Shown: in pieces, positions 1 through 8,565 of the stretch
How the letters are laid out: every line of letters begins with the position of its first letter
Position numbering within the stretch: the stretch's first letter is position 1
Source of the DNA: Calditrichaceae bacterium
GTDB lineage: Bacteria > Calditrichota > Calditrichia > Calditrichales > JBFXGD01
Assembly: GCA_050178385.1 (NCBI GenBank)
Contig: JBFXGD010000037.1
Coordinates: 1 to 25,225, forward strand
Length of the DNA: 25,225 bases
Direction: 5' to 3'
Translations under genes and position numbers: made by a program
The notes under the pieces: model-generated
What the model saw: the letters and a program-made list of their open reading frames with translations, nothing else
The model's database searches: none
What the model was told of the DNA's origin: nothing

Positions 1-2661
1 GTTGAAGAAAGCTGGCGTAAGTTTTTTGAGGGATTTGATTTCGCTAAACTTAATACCGCCCCGGGTGAGATCCAGACCCAATCCAGTCAAAAAGAGTTAG
101 CTGTCTTAAACCTGATTAACGGATACCGGACAAGAGGGCATTTTTTTACAAAAACAAATCCTGTGCGAAATCGTCGTAAATACATTCCGACTCTGGCCAT
201 TGAAAATTTCAACCTGACTGAAAATGATTTGGATACTGTTTTCCAGGCTGGAACAGAAATTGGTATCGGGCCGGCAACGTTGAGACAAATCATCGATCAT
301 CTGGAAGAAACTTACTGCAAATCAATCGGCGCGGAATATGTATTCATCAGAAAACCTGAAAGAGTGAAATGGCTTCAGGAAAAAATGGAATCAACACGTA
401 ACCGGCCAAATTTTTCCGTCGAACAAAAAAGACGGATACTTCAGAAGTTAAATCAGGCGGCTGTTTTTGAAAATTTTCTGCATACAAAATATGTGGGCCA
501 AAAACGATTTTCTCTTCAGGGTGGTGAAACGCTAATCCCGGGTCTCGATGCCATGATTGAGAAAGGCGCCGAGCTTGGAATCGAGGAATTTATGATCGGA
601 ATGCCGCATCGCGGACGGTTAAATGTCCTTTCGAATATTTTAAACAAAGACTATGAAGAAATATTTTCGGAATTTGAAGGTGAAGAGTATGCCGACGCTG
701 TTTTCGCCGGAGATGTAAAATACCATTTAGGATATACATCTCAGGTGACGACCCAAAACGGTAAAAAGGTCAAGCTGGGACTCGCGCCAAATCCGTCCCA
801 TCTGGAAGCGGTCGATCCCGTAGTGGAAGGTATGGTTCGTTCTAAAATCGATTCCAAATATGATGGTGATGAGAGTAAAATTGCTCCGGTTCTGATTCAT
901 GGAGACGCGGCAATTGCCGCTCAGGGTGTTGTGTTTGAAGTCATCCAAATGTCGCTGCTCAAAGGATACCGGACCGGGGGGACCATACATCTTGTAGTGA
1001 ATAATCAATTGGGGTTTACGACAAATTATCTTGATGGCCGCTCCAGCACTTATTGCACAGATGTGGCAAAAGTGACTTTGTCTCCAGTGTTCCATGTGAA
1101 CGCGGATGATGCCGAAGCCGTAGTTCTGGCTATTCAAATAGCGATGGAATACCGTCAGATTTTTCATACGGATGTTTTTATTGATCTTCTTGGTTACCGC
1201 CGCTACGGACATAATGAAGGTGACGAACCGCGATTCACTCAACCGAAACTATACAAAACCATTGCGAAACACCCCAATCCGAGAGAAATTTATAACGAAA
1301 AACTTCTAAAGACGGGAAGTGTTGAGAAAGACATGGCCAGGGAGATGGAAAAGGAGTTCAGACAGATGCTTCAGGAGGACCTGGAGCAGGCAAAAGCCAA
1401 AAAATATGGTAAGTCTTCTCCCACATTCTCGGATGATTGCGATTTAAAAATGCGTCAGGCCGGACAGAAATTCGATCCAATTCCGGAAACCAGAGTTGCC
1501 AGGAAAAAGTTGCTTGAGATCGGAAAAAATCTATTCTCGATACCAGAACAGTTTAAGCCCTTTAGTAAAATTAAGAAGCTTTATGAAGAACGTTATTCCC
1601 GATTCGCCGAAGGGCAGAATTTTGACTGGGCAATCGGTGAAATGCTCGCGTACGCCACTCTTCTCGATGAAGGGGTGCCGGTGCGTATCAGCGGCCAGGA
1701 TTCTGAAAGAGGCACATTTTCACACCGGCATGCCATTTTAAGAGATGAAGAAACGGAGGATGAATATTCTCCGCTGAATAATGTAAGTGAAAATCAGGCC
1801 CGGTTTCAAATAATCGATTCACTCCTGTCGGAATATGCTGTTCTTGGCTATGAATATGGTTATTCATGCGCGAATCCTGACGGTCTTGTTGTTTGGGAGG
1901 CGCAGTTCGGAGATTTTAACAATGGGGCGCAAATTATTATAGATCAGTTTATATCCAGTTCCGAAGCAAAATGGAACCGTAGTAACGGGCTCGCATTATA
2001 TTTGCCGCATGGATATGAAGGACAGGGGCCTGAGCATTCCTCCGCAAGGATTGAACGTTTTCTTTCTCTGTGCGCGCATGATAATATGCAGGTGGTCAAT
2101 TGTACGACACCCGCCAATCTGTTCCATGCATTACGGATGCATATGAAGTATCCATTCAGAGTGCCGCTTGTCGTGTTTACACCAAAAAGTCTACTGCGGA
2201 ATCCTCTTTGTGTCAGTAATCTCAGCGATTTCACGGAGAGCGGATTCAAAAGAGTCATTGATGATGATTCCGCTGATCCGAATATCGTAAATCGTGTATT
2301 ATTCTGTTCGGGGAAAATATACTATGAACTTTTGACAAAAAAGCAGGAAGAAGCAAGAAAAGATGTGGCCATTGTGCGGGTAGAACAGCTTTATCCGCTG
2401 CCGCAAACAGAATTGGACTTAATCACTAAAAAATACAGGAAGGCCGAGCGATTTATCTGGGTTCAGGAAGAACCTGAAAACAGCGGGGCCTGGTCCTTTC
2501 TGCATCGGAAATATAAGAGTATTCCGCTGGAAGTCATTTCGAGAGACGAAAGCGCAAGCCCGGCCACAGGTTACTATAAAACCCATTTTGCGGAACAGCA
2601 AGCGATACTCACGAAAGCATTTCAGTTATCAAAAAAAGCAAAAAAAACGCTCATAAAATAG
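1..2661 (+). CDS. sucA: 2-oxoglutarate dehydrogenase E1 component, 5'-truncated by the window edge
   Basis: Frame is open from base 1 (VEESWRKFFEGFDFA...), so the GTG at 163 is internal. Motifs GMPHRGRLN, GDVKYHLG, NPSHLEAV, ThDP-binding HGDAA...NNQLGFTT, RRYGHNEGD, WEAQFGDF, PHGYEGQGPEHSS. Directly upstream of an E2 gene. Confidence 0.98.
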   Translation, partial: VEESWRKFFEGFDFAKLNTAPGEIQTQSSQKELAVLNLINGYRTRGHFFTKTNPVRNRRKYIPTLAIENFNLTENDLDTVFQAGTEIGIGPATLRQIIDHLEETYCKSIGAEYVFIRKPERVKWLQEKMESTRNRPNFSVEQKRRILQKLNQAAVFENFLHTKYVGQKRFSLQGGETLIPGLDAMIEKGAELGIEEFMIGMPHRGRLNVLSNILNKDYEEIFSEFEGEEYADAVFAGDVKYHLGYTSQVTTQNGKKVKLGLAPNPSHLEAVDPVVEGMVRSKIDSKYDGDESKIAPVLIHGDAAIAAQGVVFEVIQMSLLKGYRTGGTIHLVVNNQLGFTTNYLDGRSSTYCTDVAKVTLSPVFHVNADDAEAVVLAIQIAMEYRQIFHTDVFIDLLGYRRYGHNEGDEPRFTQPKLYKTIAKHPNPREIYNEKLLKTGSVEKDMAREMEKEFRQMLQEDLEQAKAKKYGKSSPTFSDDCDLKMRQAGQKFDPIPETRVARKKLLEIGKNLFSIPEQFKPFSKIKKLYEERYSRFAEGQNFDWAIGEMLAYATLLDEGVPVRISGQDSERGTFSHRHAILRDEETEDEYSPLNNVSENQARFQIIDSLLSEYAVLGYEYGYSCANPDGLVVWEAQFGDFNNGAQIIIDQFISSSEAKWNRSNGLALYLPHGYEGQGPEHSSARIERFLSLCAHDNMQVVNCTTPANLFHALRMHMKYPFRVPLVVFTPKSLLRNPLCVSNLSDFTESGFKRVIDDDSADPNIVNRVLFCSGKIYYELLTKKQEEARKDVAIVRVEQLYPLPQTELDLITKKYRKAERFIWVQEEPENSGAWSFLHRKYKSIPLEVISRDESASPATGYYKTHFAEQQAILTKAFQLSKKAKKTLIK

Positions 2662-2692
2662 ATATTAAGACTAAAAACTAAGGAAAATATCA

Positions 2693-3937
2693 ATGAAATT
2701 AGAAGTAAAAGTCCCGGCTATCGGAGAGTCCATTAATGAAGTTACCATAGGAACCTGGTTGAAAAAGAGCGGTGATGCGGTTGAAGAGGATGAAATTATC
2801 GCTGAAATTGAATCAGAAAAGGCGACTGTCGAAATTACGGCCGGACAATCGGGAATATTAAAAATTTTATCTGCCGAAGGGGAAACAGTGGCCATCAATG
2901 CTATTATTGCTGAGATTGATGGTGACGGATCAGTTGCTCCGGAAGTGAAAGAAGAACAGCCCGCCGATGACCATTCCAAAATAGTCGAAAAATCGGCATC
3001 GTCTATTCCGGATAATGACAAAAAAGTAAAAATATCACCTCTCGCGTCAAAAATTCTGGAAGATGCGGGGGTTTCTCCGGATAGAGTGGAAGGCAGCGGC
3101 GTAGCGGGAAGAATTATAAAAGATGACGCGCTGAATGCCGTCCGAAGCGCTAAAGAAACGCCGGTTCCGTCCCAGAAAAAGGAAACAAAGAGCGCGGGTG
3201 TAGCAGCTCCAGGCGTTGCCGGTCTCGGGAAAACCGATAGAAAAGACCGCCGGGAACGGATGTCCACTCTACGTAAAACGATTTCAAACAGACTGCTTGC
3301 ATCCAAACAGGGAACAGCCATGCTGACAACGATGAATGAGATTGATATGTCGGCAATAATGGAGTTAAGAAGCAAATACAAAGAGTCATTTAAAGAAAAA
3401 TACGGAGTAGGGCTGGGATTTATGTCATTTTTTACCACAGCATGCGCGATTGCTCTTCAGGAATTTCCGGTTGTTAACGCGATGATTGATGGTGATGAGA
3501 TTGTCTATCACGATTATTGTGATATTTCTATTGCCGTTTCGACTCCGAGAGGATTGGTTGTACCGGTTATCCGAAACGCTGAAAAAATGACGATGGCTCA
3601 AATTGAAGCAGATGTCTTTCGTCTCGCGACAAAAGCCAGAGATAATAAACTGACGATAGACGAAATGACAGGCGGAACTTTTTCAATAACAAATGGCGGC
3701 GTATTTGGTTCTCTCTTATCAACACCGATCATTAATTCGCCTCAATCGGCTATACTGGGTATGCATACCATTCAGGAACGGCCTGTTGTCCGGGATGGAG
3801 AAATCGTGATCAGGCCTATGATGTATGTGGCGATGTCATACGATCACAGAATAATCGACGGGAGTGAATCGGTTAGCTTCCTGGTACGGGTCAAGGAAAT
3901 CCTTGAGGATCCCGTAAGAATGCTGCTGCATTTATAG
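2693..3937 (+). CDS. sucB: 2-oxoglutarate dehydrogenase E2, dihydrolipoyllysine-residue succinyltransferase
   Basis: One N-terminal lipoyl domain (EIESEKA), E3-binding domain (SPLASKIL...[12 protein letters not shown]), catalytic domain with [20 protein letters not shown] and [17 protein letters not shown] upstream. Confidence 0.98.
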   Translation: MKLEVKVPAIGESINEVTIGTWLKKSGDAVEEDEIIAEIESEKATVEITAGQSGILKILSAEGETVAINAIIAEIDGDGSVAPEVKEEQPADDHSKIVEKSASSIPDNDKKVKISPLASKILEDAGVSPDRVEGSGVAGRIIKDDALNAVRSAKETPVPSQKKETKSAGVAAPGVAGLGKTDRKDRRERMSTLRKTISNRLLASKQGTAMLTTMNEIDMSAIMELRSKYKESFKEKYGVGLGFMSFFTTACAIALQEFPVVNAMIDGDEIVYHDYCDISIAVSTPRGLVVPVIRNAEKMTMAQIEADVFRLATKARDNKLTIDEMTGGTFSITNGGVFGSLLSTPIINSPQSAILGMHTIQERPVVRDGEIVIRPMMYVAMSYDHRIIDGSESVSFLVRVKEILEDPVRMLLHL

Positions 3938-3969
3938 ATGATGGCGAATTTATAAAGTCGATATGAGCA

Positions 3970-4410
3970 ATGGACGAGAAAGACACTAAATATAATGAGT
4001 TTCCCCGGGCTGCCGTCGGTGGAGTTGTTTTCAGAGATGACCGTGTATTGCTGGTTAAAAGGGCACAGGCTCCGGCCAGGAATCAGTGGGCTATACCCGG
4101 AGGTAAAATTTTAGCCGGTGAAAATATGCGTGATGCGGTGCAACGGGAAATTTTTGAGGAGACCGGAATAAAAGTTAATCCCGGTGAACCGGTATTTGTC
4201 TTTGAACTGATCGAACCAGGCTTGAACGACTCCATAAATTTTCACTATATAATTATAGATTTTGATTGTATTTATGTTGAGGGAGAGGCAATCCCCGGTG
4301 ATGACGCGCTTGATGTGAAATGGGTGAGCCGAAATGATCTGGGAAAATTATCCGTAAACCCCAAAACATTGGAACTTCTGGCCGATAAATATAATTTTTG
4401 CGCCATCTGA
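3970..4410 (+). CDS. Nudix hydrolase, ADP-ribose pyrophosphatase-like
   Basis: Complete Nudix box G-KILAG-E-NMRDAVQ-REIFEETGI, plus WAIPGG and a C-terminal GDDA typical of COG1051-type enzymes. Substrate is inferred. Confidence 0.9.
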   Translation: MDEKDTKYNEFPRAAVGGVVFRDDRVLLVKRAQAPARNQWAIPGGKILAGENMRDAVQREIFEETGIKVNPGEPVFVFELIEPGLNDSINFHYIIIDFDCIYVEGEAIPGDDALDVKWVSRNDLGKLSVNPKTLELLADKYNFCAI

Positions 4411-4453
4411 GCTAAAAATTTTAAAACTATTAATTAGATGACAAGGATGTGAA

Positions 4454-5413
4454 ATGATTATAGGCAGGGATGATAGATTCGCGGGAACACTGCTGGGCGG
4501 CGCGTCGGGTGACATATTGGGAGCCGTGGCCGAAGGCAGATCACGGGAGAGGATAAGAGAGAGGTTTGGAGAGTTACGCGACTTTCAGATCGGCTTTTCC
4601 GGCTTCGGACGCTATACCGATGATACACAAATGACCATTGCCCTGGCATTATCCATTATAGAGCTGTCGGGTGTGGACGCTGAACATTGCGCGAAAACTT
4701 ACGCCACATTTTATGATTCCGGAAGAAAGTATGGAGCCGGCGCCGGGATGATTTTGAAAATGATCAGAAATGGAGAAGATTACCGGAAAACGGCAAGAAT
4801 TCAATTTGCAGAAGGATCATTCGGAAATGGCGGCGCTATGAGAATTGCTCCTGCGGGGCTTGTGTACAGCGGAGCTGAAGAAGCAATCTTTAAAAAAGCA
4901 GTCTATGACGCGCTCATGTGCACACATGTTCATCCGGAAGCTGTTGACGGTGCTGTGGTGCAGGCAAGGGCGGTGTCCCTCATGTTAAATATGAAGTCAG
5001 CGGAATCTTTTGAGCCGGATCAGTTTCTGACGAGTCTGGAATCATTCGCAGAAACCGGCGCGATAAAGGAAAAGATAGGAAATATCCGGAAACTGATAGA
5101 GCGGGATGATGATTTGGCCGTCAAATTTCTCGGAAACGGAATACGCGCGTCGGAAGCCGTATCCTGCGCCTTGTATGCCGCGGCAAAATATTACCGGAAT
5201 CCGGAAGATGCGGTGATTAAAAGTGTTAATTTTGGAGGCGATACAGATACAATCGGAGCCATGACAGGCGCGTTGATGGGAGCGCTTCATGGATCTGGGT
5301 GGATACCGGCCCGGTGGCTTGACAACATGGAAAACGGAGAATTTGGGAAAGAATTTATTATGACTTTAGCGAAAGAACTCTCGAAGGTGGATCCTTTCCG
5401 GTCTAAAAATTAA
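4454..5413 (+). CDS. ADP-ribosylglycohydrolase (DraG/ARH family)
   Basis: All family motifs are visible: GDILG, YTDDT, GNGGAMR, TH, GGDTDTIGAMTGAL.GA.HG...IP..W. AAGGA RBS. Confidence 0.95.
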   Translation: MIIGRDDRFAGTLLGGASGDILGAVAEGRSRERIRERFGELRDFQIGFSGFGRYTDDTQMTIALALSIIELSGVDAEHCAKTYATFYDSGRKYGAGAGMILKMIRNGEDYRKTARIQFAEGSFGNGGAMRIAPAGLVYSGAEEAIFKKAVYDALMCTHVHPEAVDGAVVQARAVSLMLNMKSAESFEPDQFLTSLESFAETGAIKEKIGNIRKLIERDDDLAVKFLGNGIRASEAVSCALYAAAKYYRNPEDAVIKSVNFGGDTDTIGAMTGALMGALHGSGWIPARWLDNMENGEFGKEFIMTLAKELSKVDPFRSKN

Positions 5414-5451
5414 TTTTTCTTTAAAACCCGCCATTATTGTATTAGTTTTTA

Positions 5452-5460
5452 TGTTATACT
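5452..5460 (+). promoter_or_regulatory. Possible extended -10 promoter element for the Gfo/Idh/MocA gene
   Basis: TGTTATACT (TGn + TATACT) in an AT-rich gap 24 nt before the ATG at 5485. No convincing -35. Confidence 0.3.
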
Positions 5461-5484
5461 TTATCATCATACTGAGGCGAAGTC

Positions 5485-6477
5485 ATGTCAAAAATCAAAC
5501 TTGGTATCATTGGCACAGGGCTAGCGGCCAAAAAGCTCCATTGGCCGGCGCTAAAGAAATTGAATGATCTGTTTGAGATTAAAATGGTATGTAATCATAC
5601 TGAGCCCAAGGCGAAAGAGTTTGCCATGCTTGCGGGAAATATTCCATATGTTCTTGATTATCATGAACTTATGAGTCATAAAAATATAGAAGCCGTATCC
5701 ATTATTTTACCGATTCACCTGAACTATCCTGTGACCCGTGACGCGCTTAAATCTGGCAAACATGTGATGGTTGAAAAGCCGCTGGCCGCAAATCTTCATC
5801 AGGGTAAGAACATGCTGGCGCTGGATAAAAAGTATCCCCATGTAAAAATGGTGGCGGAGAATTTTCGGTACAGGAATACATTTAAACGCGTAACAGCATT
5901 GATGGAAGAGGGACAGGCAGGTAAGATACACGCGGCGGTCTGGAATGTTTTTCACCATGTGGAGGGTGAAATCAATCCTTATGCCAAAACTGAATGGCGC
6001 ATAAAGCACCAGTATCCGGGAGGATTTATCACAGACGGCGGAGTGCACTATATTGCCGCCATAAGAGAATTATTCGGGGAGATTACTGACGGATATGCCT
6101 GGACCGCGAGTATAAATCCTGGGATTGGTACTCCTGATTCAATGTCGTTCCAGTTTAGAACGGACCGGAATGTTTCCGGGCTTCTTAACCTGTTTTTCAC
6201 AACCGGCGGCATTGAGGAAAACCGGCTTGTTATTTTAGGTGACAGAGGAAGTGTCATCACGGAGAACAACCGTATCATCTTAAAAAAAATCAATCATGAT
6301 GATCTTGTCGAGGAAACTGACGACGGAGGCGGATACATGGGTGAGTACCTGAACTTTTACGAAGCAATCCGTCATGGCGAATTAGTCGATAGCAGTTTTG
6401 AAAAGGCCTATATTGATTTAAAAATCATTCTTTCAGCTTTGAAATCAGCCGAAAATAAAAGGCGAATCAGAGCATAG
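5485..6477 (+). CDS. Gfo/Idh/MocA family NAD(P)-dependent oxidoreductase
   Basis: N-terminal KLGIIGTG Rossmann motif, GKHVMVEKP, GGFITDGGVHYI. GAGG RBS. Confidence 0.93.
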   Translation: MSKIKLGIIGTGLAAKKLHWPALKKLNDLFEIKMVCNHTEPKAKEFAMLAGNIPYVLDYHELMSHKNIEAVSIILPIHLNYPVTRDALKSGKHVMVEKPLAANLHQGKNMLALDKKYPHVKMVAENFRYRNTFKRVTALMEEGQAGKIHAAVWNVFHHVEGEINPYAKTEWRIKHQYPGGFITDGGVHYIAAIRELFGEITDGYAWTASINPGIGTPDSMSFQFRTDRNVSGLLNLFFTTGGIEENRLVILGDRGSVITENNRIILKKINHDDLVEETDDGGGYMGEYLNFYEAIRHGELVDSSFEKAYIDLKIILSALKSAENKRRIRA

Positions 6478-6648
6478 CCAATGTGCAGAGTCATATTACC
6501 GTCTGCTCATAAAAGAATGATCCGCAGACAAATATTTATCGTGTAATCCTTAATTTCTTCCGTCCCAATAAATTTCTTTTTAAAAATAATTGAAAATACC
6601 GTATATTTATTCGGATCGTTAAAATCAGAATAAAAGGACTTGCCATAA

Positions 6649-7614
6649 ATGATTAAAAATGAAATCATGCTGGGAATTGACATCGGAGGCACCAATACGG
6701 CTTTCGGATTTGTCGATCAAAGCGGAAGGATAATCGGAGAGTCTTCAATCCCGACACACGCTCATGAATCTGCGGAAACCCTGATCGGGCGTCTGCATAT
6801 TGAAACAGAAAAACAATTTCAGAATTTAAAAGATAAGTATAAAATTAAGGGCATCGGTATTGGTGCTCCGAATGCAAATTATTATTCAGGAACAATTGAA
6901 AATCCGCCTAATCTGCAATGGGGATGTGTTGATTTTGTTAAACTTATTAACAACAAATTTAAATTTCCTGCTGTGATCACAAATGACGCCAACGCCTGCG
7001 CTTTAGGGGAAATGCTGTTCGGCGCGGCAAAAGGGATGAAAAATTTTATAGTAATCACTTTAGGTACAGGGCTCGGGAGCGGAATCGTCATAAACGGAGA
7101 GCTGGTTTATGGCGTGGATGGTTTCGCGGGAGAACTTGGTCATACATGCGTGGAAATTAATGGAAGACAATGTTCCTGCGGGAATCAAGGCTGTCTTGAA
7201 ACCTATGTTTCCGCCACAGGGATCAAACGCACCGTCTTCGAATTAATGGCAAAACGGATTCAAAAAAGTTCTTTGTATGATATCCCGTATGACGAGTTGA
7301 CTTCAAAAAAAATCGCGGAAGCAGCCAGGAATGGTGATTATCTGGCTTTGGAAGCGTTCGATTATACGGCACGTATTCTTGGCGTCAGTCTGGCCAATGC
7401 GATAGCCTTCAGCAGCCCGGAAGTCATTATATTATTTGGCGGTCTTGCTTTGGCGGGTGATTTAATCTTTAAACCCGCAAAAAAATATATGGAAGAACAT
7501 GTACTCAAAACATTTCGCGGAAAAGTCAGTTTGCTGCCATCGGGACTATCAAATGGCAATTCTGCCGTACTTGGAGCTGCGGCTCTTGCGTGGAAAGAAT
7601 TTAAAAGTTGTTAG
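6649..7614 (+). CDS. glk: ROK-family sugar kinase (glucokinase-like)
   Basis: GIDIGGT, NDANACALGE, TLGTGLGSG, GELGH and the Zn motif CSCGNQGCLE. No N-terminal HTH, so a kinase rather than a repressor. Confidence 0.88.
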   Translation: MIKNEIMLGIDIGGTNTAFGFVDQSGRIIGESSIPTHAHESAETLIGRLHIETEKQFQNLKDKYKIKGIGIGAPNANYYSGTIENPPNLQWGCVDFVKLINNKFKFPAVITNDANACALGEMLFGAAKGMKNFIVITLGTGLGSGIVINGELVYGVDGFAGELGHTCVEINGRQCSCGNQGCLETYVSATGIKRTVFELMAKRIQKSSLYDIPYDELTSKKIAEAARNGDYLALEAFDYTARILGVSLANAIAFSSPEVIILFGGLALAGDLIFKPAKKYMEEHVLKTFRGKVSLLPSGLSNGNSAVLGAAALAWKEFKSC

Positions 7615-7639
7615 ATTTAATCAGGCATAACATTTTTGA

Positions 7640-8512
7640 TTGAAACCGGGGATAACGTTGTCAGAACGTCCGATTTTTAAAATTGCCTACCAGGGTGAAA
7701 AAGGCGCGTATAGCGATAATGCCATAGATAGTCTTTTCGGGGACAGAGCTGTCGAAAAATTTCCTTTCCGGACTTCTTATGATGTAATCGACGCGATAAA
7801 AAACAACACGGTTGACTTTGGGCTTCTTCCGATAGATAATTCAATCATAGGTAATATAACACATACTTATGATCTGCTTCTTGAGCACAAACTTTATATT
7901 GTAAATGAGACCATCATCCCGATTCATCACGCTTTTCTGGCGGTTGATCAAATCCCGGAAGATGAAATTAAAAAGATTTATTCTCATCCCGCAGCTATCT
8001 CACAGTGTGAAGTCTTTCTGCGCAGTTTTGACAAGGCTGAAATTATCCCGACATATGACACTGCTGGAAGCGCGAAAATGATTGCGGAAAATAGATTGTA
8101 TGATACAGCCGCGATTGCCAGTGAAAAATCAGCGGATTTGTACAGTTTAACAATTCTGCGGAGAAATATCGAAGATTTTAAGCATAATCAAACCCGGTTC
8201 GTGCTGGTGTCAGTCAATCCAGGAAATGAAGATCGGGAAAAAGAGACCCTGTATAAAACATCCATCGTATTCAGCACCCCGGATAAACCGGGGATGCTGG
8301 TTAGATGTCTCGGAATATTTGAAAAATATAACATAAATATGTCGCTGTTGACTTCCCGTCCGCATAAATCAAAATTGTGGAATTATCATTTTTTTGTTGA
8401 TATTGATGGCCATGTGATGGATGAAAACGTGTCAATAGCCTTCGATGAAATTCGCCGGATCACGGGTTCTATTCATATAATGGGATCATATACCAGATTT
8501 ATTGGGAAATGA
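7640..8512 (+). CDS. pheA: Prephenate dehydratase with C-terminal ACT domain (monofunctional)
   Basis: IAYQGEKGAYS, YSHPAAISQC, DTAGSA, catalytic NQTRF, ACT domain KTSIVF...PGMLV...SRP...YHFFVD. The TTG start is uncertain by a few codons. Confidence 0.93.
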   Translation: MKPGITLSERPIFKIAYQGEKGAYSDNAIDSLFGDRAVEKFPFRTSYDVIDAIKNNTVDFGLLPIDNSIIGNITHTYDLLLEHKLYIVNETIIPIHHAFLAVDQIPEDEIKKIYSHPAAISQCEVFLRSFDKAEIIPTYDTAGSAKMIAENRLYDTAAIASEKSADLYSLTILRRNIEDFKHNQTRFVLVSVNPGNEDREKETLYKTSIVFSTPDKPGMLVRCLGIFEKYNINMSLLTSRPHKSKLWNYHFFVDIDGHVMDENVSIAFDEIRRITGSIHIMGSYTRFIGK

Positions 8513-8514
8513 AT

Positions 8515-8548
8515 AAAAAAAGCCCCGGAAGTATAACTTTCGGGGCTT
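8515..8548. terminator. Intrinsic terminator hairpin between convergent pheA and the parvulin gene, probably bidirectional
   Basis: AAGCCCCGGAAG-TATAA-CTTTCGGGGCTT (8520-8548), a 12-bp stem with one G:U on the + strand. The A-run at 8515-8521 gives a U-tract on the minus strand. Confidence 0.85.
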
Positions 8549-8565
8549 ATAATAATCTCAGCTTT

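Noticed and set aside
163..165. GTG start given for sucA
   Set aside because: The frame is open and SucA-like back to base 1, so the true start lies upstream of the window.
2671..3438. 255-aa minus-strand ORF antisense to sucB
   Set aside because: Almost entirely overlaps a well-conserved gene, is Ser/Ile-rich with no motifs, and is a typical codon-bias shadow ORF. The same applies to the other short nested ORFs in the track.
6501..6529. Bulged hairpin GTCTGC-TCAT...ATGA-TCC-GCAGAC between the oxidoreductase and glk
   Set aside because: Interrupted stem, no U-tract and no recognisable riboswitch or sRNA motif; too weak to call.
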